From: the human T2T-CHM13v2.0 reference genome, Homo sapiens
Direction: 5' to 3' (one strand)
Assembly: GCF_009914755.1 (NCBI RefSeq)
Contig: NC_060927.1
DNA length: 64,000 nt
Shown: positions 56,401-64,000 of the stretch, piece by piece
Numbering within the stretch: the first letter of the stretch is position 1
Layout of the letters: each line of letters starts with the position of its first letter
The notes under the pieces: model-generated
Told to the model about the DNA's origin: nothing
Database searches by the model: none
The model's input: only the letters and a program-made list of their open reading frames with translations
Made by a program: the position numbers and the translations under genes

Positions 56401-56853
56401 ATCAGTGGTTGAAATATCACCATTAGTAAAATAATTTTGCCATATTTTAAGCTAAATGGGCTCTGGGGTATTGGCTTTAGAAGCAAATTGCCACTTAAAT
56501 TGAATATATAGAAGAATCCATTCTTTACATACCTCACAACTCAAGTATATAGACACCTCTGTTACTCAAATGGTAGTCATTGGTCAATATAGCTCTTCTC
56601 AACCCATTCATTATCTGCATGGTGGGGAAATCTGCACAAACACCCGTGGTAAGGGAATCACCACTTCTAAGGCAATGGCAGTGAGGAACTCTGTGGTCCT
56701 ATGTGGAGACAGGGTAGCTGAGAAAGGCATGGACTTTGGAGGAAAGGAACTTGGTTTAGAAATCAGATTTCTCCCTTATTACCCATGTGCCTTTCTGTAA
56801 ATTGTTCATCTCTTCAAGCCTCGAACTTCCTAACTTGAAATATTTGGTTTACC

Positions 56854-57197
56854 AGCTGGGTGCCGTGGCTCATGCCTGTAATCCCAGCACTTTGGGAGGC
56901 CGAGGTGGGCAGATCACGAGGTCAGGAGTTCAAGACCAGCCTGGCCAAGATGGTGAAACCCTGTCTCTACTAAAAATACAAAAATTAGCTGGGCATGTTG
57001 GCGGGTGCCTGTAATCCCAGCTACTCGGTAGGCTGAGACAGAGAATTGCTTGAACCTGGGAGGCAGAGGTTGCAGTGAGCCAAGATTGTGCCACTGCACT
57101 CCAGCCTGGGCGACAGAGTGAGTCTCTGCCAAAAAAAAAAAAAAAAAAAAGAAAGAGAGAGAGAGATAGAGAGGGAGGGAGGAAGGAAGGAAAAGGA

Positions 57198-57261
<64 letters not shown>

Positions 57262-57306
57262 AGAAGGAAGGAAGGAAAGAAAGAAAAAGAAAGAAAGAAA
57301 GAAGGA

Positions 57307-57366
<60 letters not shown>

Positions 57367-57395
57367 AAAGAAAAGAAAAGAAAAGAATAGGAAAT
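56854..57395 (+). mobile_element. Alu (AluSg-like) with a ~265-bp expanded purine tail
   Basis: gatcacgaggtcaggagttcaagaccagcctggccaagatgg; TSD aaatatttgg(t/c)ttacc at 56838-56853 and 57396-57411. Confidence 0.95.
57131..57390. repeat. Complex polypurine microsatellite: A-run, (GA)n, (GGAA)n, (GAAA)n, (GAAAA)n
   Basis: Seen directly; explains ORFs 56914..57477 and 57075..57431. Confidence 0.97.
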
Positions 57396-58705
57396 AAATA
57401 TTTGGCTTACCATGTATATAATAACATCTAGTGCAAACAGTTACCACAATGATTAATAGGAGATACTGGTTACACAAGACCTAGCATACGGTGTAGTTCG
57501 TAGAAGGTAGCCCATTCATGTTCATTCCCTTTGTTAACTAATCTAAATGTTCACTGATAGTATCTTCAGGTCAGTTAATGTTACTTCCATACAACAATAT
57601 CATTAATATTTATTGTATTTTTTGCCTAAAATTGTGCACCATTTTAATGCAATTCCATTAATTAAATTATATTATAAACAAAACATGGGAATCAAATTTT
57701 ATTTTTCTACTTAAAGTTAAAACATCTAGGATATGGGAATTTTGCAGTAAAAACAATAAATACTGATGAATTCAAACATTCATAAAACTCAGAAGCAATT
57801 AATCTAGAAAAAATTACTTTATTACTGTTAAATTTAGAAGTCTTGAAATTATATGATTTTTCTCTCTTCCAAATAGCCAGCAATTCTCTCATTATCTTTT
57901 TTGTTAGAAAGAGGAAAAAAGAAAATAATAAGTTAGAATTTGATAGAAGTCAGACTCTATGGTAGACTTTTTTATACTTGTCTCAATATTTTTTTCTAAG
58001 CATCCCCTGTGATATATATTATTGTGGCTATTAGACTGGAGATGAAAGATGTTCAGAAGAAGAACTCTCCCGGGAGATTAGCATATGAGAAAGGATGAGA
58101 GCGATTCCATAGGCAAATGGCTTCTTTAATGTCATCAAATCCTCAACAGAACTCAACAGCAAACAGAAACTTAGTATCATAAATAGTAGATACAAACTTA
58201 TTACTAATTTTTACAAAAATTACAGATTTATTGCAAAATTATTACTAGTTTTTCTTCACTATTTAGTTCTTCTTTTATATATTTATCTCAGGAGAAATTG
58301 TTCTCATGAGAAACTACTTAAAAATATTTAACTCTGGTGTCTGAATATCTGCTAGCCAAGCAGTAGAAGTAATGTATGTGATGCTTTTATGACAGGCATG
58401 TTTCCCCTGGCTGTTGTTTAAAACCACATACGACTTAGTTATTGTGTAATATACTAATAACATATTTCTTTTTTGTCCATGTAGGCCAATTTGGGAAAAT
58501 GTGACATTTATCCAGATGTTTAGTCAAACACATTCTAATTAAGTTGTACAGGTTTACAAAGAAAACAAATTAAGGCAGTTTAAAGGAAAAATGTCTTGGA
58601 ATTTAGTTTGAAAGACAGCTTGCCTTAATAATTTTGATGATATTCTGAGACTTGATTAATATATTTTTCTCTGAAATTTGCAAGTTTTAATGAAGACAGT
58701 AACAA

Positions 58706-59023
58706 GCTGGGCATGGTGGCTCAGGTCTGTAATCCCAGCACTTTGGGATGCCAAGACAAGAGAATGGCTTAAGGCTAGGAGTTTGAGACCAGACTGGGCA
58801 ACATAGAGAGACCCCCATCTCTATAAAAAAATTGAAAAAATAAAATAAAATTTAAAATTAGCCGGGTGAGGGACGAGATGGTGCTCACCTGTAGTCTCAG
58901 CAACTTGGGAGGCTGAGGTGGAAGGATTGCTTGAGCCCAGGAGTTCAAGGCTGCAGGGAGCTGATTGTGCCACTGTACTCCAGCCTGGGTCACAGAGTGA
59001 AACTTTGCCTCTAAAAATAAATA
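58706..59023 (+). mobile_element. AluJ
   Basis: ggcaacatagagagacccc, ggattgcttgagcccaggagttcaaggctgcag; TSD-like acagtaaca / acagcaaca. Confidence 0.9.
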
Positions 59024-59410
59024 AACAGCAACAGAAAGGTAAAATTTTCAAACCTTCTCCATATATGTTTACAGGAGGTATCTTCTAAACTTGAAAATGA
59101 AAGCTAGTTATAAATGTCAATTACATAAAGATTAAATTTAGAAACTGACAAGTGTAGGGTATACAAAGCAGTGAGGTGTCTTTATAAATTCTGCCTTCAG
59201 GAGTTGAAATGTGCAAGAGTCAAAAGATGGTGATTCAGGATGCTCCATGTTCAATGAGGTTTCTTTGTTCAGAAACCAGTGGTCAGAGAAATGACTGAGG
59301 TTTCAGTAGAAAACCTTTTTTTCGTCTTTAATGACAATATTAATGAGTTTGTAAGTCAGAAAAATCTTAAACACAGGTTTTCCACACTTAGCTCAACTAC
59401 ACATAAACAT

Positions 59411-59433
59411 ACACACACACACACACACACACA
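59411..59433. repeat. (AC)n microsatellite
   Basis: Seen directly. Confidence 0.9.
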
Positions 59434-62214
59434 AGAATGGCTACATAACAGAATGGCCATATAACCTATTAACATATAAAACATATATAACATAAAATGG
59501 CCACATAACAACATCAGTAGGTTATTTTTTAATCAGGAACACTTTTCCTTGCCAACTTTGCTCTGAAGTAAAAGAATGATTTAGGAAAATTTACTGGAAT
59601 GATTCAGGAAAGCTGTACATTTTATCATACACACAATCAAAAAGTTTAAAAGTCATTATACTCTTGCTTTGTAATTATCTGTTAGGAAATTTTCAAAGAA
59701 ATATCAGAAGGAAAACAGTGTATTTTTAAAAGTCATGTAGTACAATAATTCTTTTTAGTGGATGAAATACACTATCCCAGCAAATCAATCTCTGGTTCTT
59801 GTATGGAAGATGATCTCTTTGTAGATGACACCTTAATGCTGTCCATTTTGATACACACTACGAGAAAATAGTTACCAGTAACTACTCTCTCCCCTGGCAT
59901 TCTTTTGGTGGCCCAGCAGATAGACTGTGACATCACTGGTGGAAATGTTGACATAACGTAAAGATCACCTCTAGCATTGATCTGAGGTCAGGGAAGATTC
60001 TGAGAGCTACGAGACATTCTTAAAGTGCTTTATACATACTAGGACATAAAATCCATTTACAAATTTGCTTTCATTGTTCTTTTAGTCATTAATAGAATTA
60101 ACTGGATTTGCACTTGTACGTAGAGTTAAAAGGAAACCTCTTAGACCAACTGGCCTTTTTAAAGCACACACATACACACACATACAAATCTGTATTTTCT
60201 TATAAGGAAAGATGCAAAATATATTGTTATATGTATTTGCTTTCTTTAAAATAGATATCATATACATTTAAACAGCTATTATCCCTATGGAAACAGCATA
60301 TTCTAAATTTCCCAATGAATTTCTTTAGTGGATGAGGAGACAAATTTTAAAAGAAGGAGCAGAACATATAAGATGTCATGCATAGGTAGTGCCCTAAACT
60401 CTTACCTCTATAGAAGTACAGAATGAAATAAACAGATGAGGCAAATATAGATAAAAGAAAATTCAATGTAAATTGTCTTTGGGGGAAAAGGGATAAAAAT
60501 ATTGCCTCTCATAGTGGAAAATATTTGATTAAAGGATTACATACTGACATCAGGTTTCTTTTTTCTTCATCTGTCTACTCCTCCTTGGCTAGACTCTTTT
60601 CTTATTCAGAGTAACACTAACCATATTCTTCCAGGTTCAATCAAGAGTAAAACGGAATACCTTTCCCTCCAGGCTAGATCCTGGATTACTTTTTAATTAC
60701 TCTGATTGGGTCATATATTTATCCATGAACCAATTATTATGGCAGGAAACGGATTAAGAGTGACATAGGTAGTGCTGCTATGAAATGAACTCTGGATATA
60801 TTAGTAAAAGAAGTGGGGAATCAATGGTAGGCAACTAAATATGCAATAAATGTTCTCTTCATCAAGAACAACTCTGGCAGGGCAAATACTTATAGAATGG
60901 CCTTCCATTCTAATCAAATTATGAGTTCAAAGGGAAAAAAGTTCAAGTATGTTTAAAGAATAGATAATAGGTCAGAATAGACAGAAATCATAAAGAGTTT
61001 GACATAAAACTATAAGAAAATAAAGACCAAATTTAGAATGTGACAAAAATTTGATGAGCCAATGAGTTTGTATTTTAGTTCTGAAACCTATGAGGAATCA
61101 AAGCTGATGTTTGGGGAAAAAACTGTTACCTGCACCTAGCAAAGTACCTGGTACCTCATATGCCCTTAATGAACAATGCATCTTAAAGAAACTAACTTGG
61201 TAATAACTTGCACTGTGAATTAGAGTGGTGGGATAATATACTCAGTTAGGATACCAGTGAAATAAATCAGTAATGCAATTCAAAGAACCTATCAACTTCT
61301 TATTTATTAAGTGTTTTTAGGTACATGCTAATTGATTCAAACTGTATTGAAGTGTTTGAAGTTGGTTCAAAACTGTTGGAATAAAAAGCTGTTAAGAAAG
61401 TTCAAAATAGATACTTTCTTTTTATGTTTGGATACTGGCTCCAACTGATTCAAACTGATTGTAAATAATTCAAACCAATTAAGAGCTAAGACAAAATGTT
61501 TTATATTGAAACTGAGTAACCATAAGTATTTGGAGTCCCTTGAAGCTATTGTTTTCTTGAATATTCTTTGAGTTAAATTGGAGGTCTTTTAGAAAAGAGC
61601 ATCAAAAAACCGATTGAAAATTTGAAACTTGGAGGCTACGTGCATGAAAAATTGGAACAAGCTGTGAGAACTTTGGATCCTTTTCAGTGATACTTTTACT
61701 GCAAACACTGCTGCCGTCGATAAAACCATTCCTCACCCTGGAGAGCAGTAGCCACTTGACAACAGTTTTTACTTGTATTGGAAGGCATGCAGAGAAAAAT
61801 TAGTCTTGGCACTTGTCTGTGAGAGTCTGTTCTGTCTCTTTCAGTTTGAGGTTTGCAACCTACCCAATTCTTTCTCCCCAATATATAACAAGTGATACTT
61901 GATACTTTTTCTTCACTCATGCTTGAGCCACCCCCCTAAATTTGGATATCTGACGATTTACCAACTTGTTCTTTGAATGAAGCCCCTCATGGAAATGTCT
62001 CCATCCCAGCACCCCAGAGGTTGCTGAATTTCATTATTTCTGGCTTTTCCTGTCTTGTGTCTAACCACAGAGGACAAAGATTTTTTGTTTAAACCAACAG
62101 AGGCTGAGAACTTCGTCAAGAACATCCTGTAAGAACAATTAGGCAGTTTATTTTGTGTTGATAGTGTGGTTCTCACATTAAACATAATAGAGTCACATGT
62201 CAGAAACGATCTCG

Positions 62215-62373
62215 TAGATACATGTTGCTTATTCTTGCTAAGCCTCCATTTCCTTATCACAAAATGAAGTCAGTAGCATTCCTACTTCCTAAAATTATTG
62301 TGAGAAAAATGTGATAATGCAGTCAATGTGCTCAGCCTGATATCTTGCACATAATAATCTCAATAAATATTAG
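62215..62373 (+). mobile_element. MIR fragment
   Basis: ctaagcctccatttccttatcacaaaatgaag...cctacttcctaaaattattgtgag...ctcaataaatattag. Confidence 0.8.
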
Positions 62374-63699
62374 ATCCAAGAAGAACGGGACCTCAGAAGA
62401 AACACTTTATACATTTGACTGATTACGTGTGGGGTGAAGGGGAGTGGTGGGAGACTCTTAGAAGATGTGGGATTTACAATAAATTTTTAATTAGTGCAAG
62501 GAATAGAGTAGTTTGCAGCTTATATTTTATGGTGCCATATTAGAAAAGAGATGGCAGAAGGTAGAAAAATCAAGTGTGACCCTGAGGAATGCTAACAGAT
62601 TTGATGGCTTAGGAAAATTCTGAAAAATAATGTGCCATTTAGCACATTAGTAAATATATATCTAGAGTAGAAGCCTATAATACAGGCAAAGCAATCCACG
62701 GAAGGCCACTAAAGAATATTGGAGATTCAAAATAAACAGTTTGATAATGGGAGGATTGTCATTCAATGAATAGTGTACCAATGATGGTTGTGAAAACTTC
62801 CTAAAAGTAAAAGTTGAAAGCTAAAGAAAACAAAATCTGTTTAGGAAAGGCCTGAGGAAGAAGACATTAATATATTCCCATGCAAATCTCTAAGTGTCGT
62901 TTTAAAAACTAGGTTTATATTGTAGCAGGTATGGAAAACTCAGACAATAGAATTGAACTAATGTGAACTAATGTTTTCTCATGAATCAAAATGTAAAATA
63001 TTAAAAAAAAATTTTATAACTATAAGTGAAAGTTCATTCTTTTATGGATTTTATAATCATCTCTTCTCAGCTAAAGGAAATTATCACCTATTTTAAAGCT
63101 TTTAATTAAATTAACATATGTAATTGAATTAGATTTTACACATATTGGTCTACCATACTTACTCCTATTTGCTCAGTGCTAGCCAGGTAAAAAGATTTAA
63201 GAGGAGTCTGTGAGGTGCCATCTAACCTCAAGGGCAGACCCTCAAGTAAATCTTATCCATCTCACTGCTCCAACTCTTCTCTTCCAGAGAGGACTAGCAC
63301 ATAGGCTATCCTAGGATAAAAGTAGATATCACACAAAATTCTTATACCTTTAATTTTCTTTCAGTTGTTTTAAAATCTATAAGCTTAGCCTAAAATTACC
63401 AGCAAATACCTTTCTGTGTGTATATAGTCTACCAGTTACTTTATTAACGTTTAATCAGAACTTTAGAGACCTCAGAGATGTGAACAGAAGGTGGAAAGAA
63501 AAATAATTTCATAGTATTGCAAACAATAATAATTATTACTAATTAAACTTCTATTCTTTTCAAGGTCCATGACATATTTATCTTATGTCAACCTCATCCA
63601 ACTGTATGATGTAGATACAGATTTTACTATTTTAAACCTGCCGAAAGATAGATGTTAGTAAAACAAGGAACTAACTTTTGAACCCAGATGTTCTGTTTT

Positions 63700-64000
63700 T
63701 CATTTTTTAACAGTTTTCTTGAGGAATGTTTTACATATCAAAAAAATCAAGTGAATGATTCAATGGTTTTTGAATTTTACTCAAGTAAAAATTTAACAGC
63801 CATCACCATAAATCAGTTTTAGAACATTCTCTTTCCTCTAAAAAGATTACTCATGTTCATGTACATTTAGTTCTCATTTTCAACCACAGTCTCAGACGAC
63901 CACTATCAACTTTCTCTCTTGACAGATTTGCCTTTTCGGGACATTTCATATGAATGCACTCTTATGCTATGTGGCCTCCTGTGTCTGACTTCTTTCATTT
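63700..64000 (-). mobile_element. L1MB-type 3' end (runs off the window)
   Basis: ttcaatggttttt...cagccatcaccataaatcagttttagaacatt...gatttgccttttcgggacatttcatatgaatg...tgtgtctgacttctttcattt. Confidence 0.8.

Larger units (their letters stand above)
56705..57520 (+). mobile_element. MIR split by an AluSg insertion
   Basis: gcatggactttggagg...cttggtttagaaatcaga before the Alu; agacctagcatacggtgtagttcgtag after it. Confidence 0.5.

Noticed and set aside
56914-57477. Longest ORFs (187, 130, 118 aa; Phe/Leu/Ser- or Lys/Glu/Arg-rich), and similar ORFs at 556-786
   Set aside because: Stop-free because they cross purine microsatellites and Alu sequence
61737-61771. Possible 35-bp minus-strand exon (…ccaatacaag|TAAAAACTG…CTCCAGG|gtgagg)
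   Set aside because: Weak AAG acceptor, no recognisable peptide and no supporting partner exon

Overview
AT-rich primate genomic DNA, most likely human or another hominoid, judged from AluY/AluS/AluJ elements, L1PA-type L1 and THE1/MST LTRs. It looks intronic or intergenic. I recognise no protein-coding gene, RNA gene or CRISPR array. The ORF track is explained by Alu, L1, LTR or simple-repeat sequence, or by chance. Recognisable features are interspersed repeats: about ten full-length Alus, tiny 5'-truncated Alus with TSDs, a near full-length old L1 (18.3-26.2 kb) carrying three nested insertions, MaLR LTRs, an ERVL integrase fossil, L2/MIR fragments and microsatellites. Three things stand out. 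(1) A ~420-bp, ~95%-identical inverted duplication (36748-37171 / 38280-38700) brackets a 1.1-kb unique spacer, making it a candidate recurrent inversion and long RNA hairpin; its history can be read from broken and intact TSDs. (2) A repeat-free island (~29.8-33.9 kb) holds a candidate minus-strand first coding exon with a strong Kozak ATG, an MGNRCSC myristoylation/palmitoylation-type N-terminus and a GTG/GTGAGT donor. (3) There are several local template-switch or slippage scars. None of this demonstrates a new biological system. Repeat subfamily calls are from memory of consensus sequences, old-repeat boundaries are approximate, and all exon calls are unverified hypotheses.
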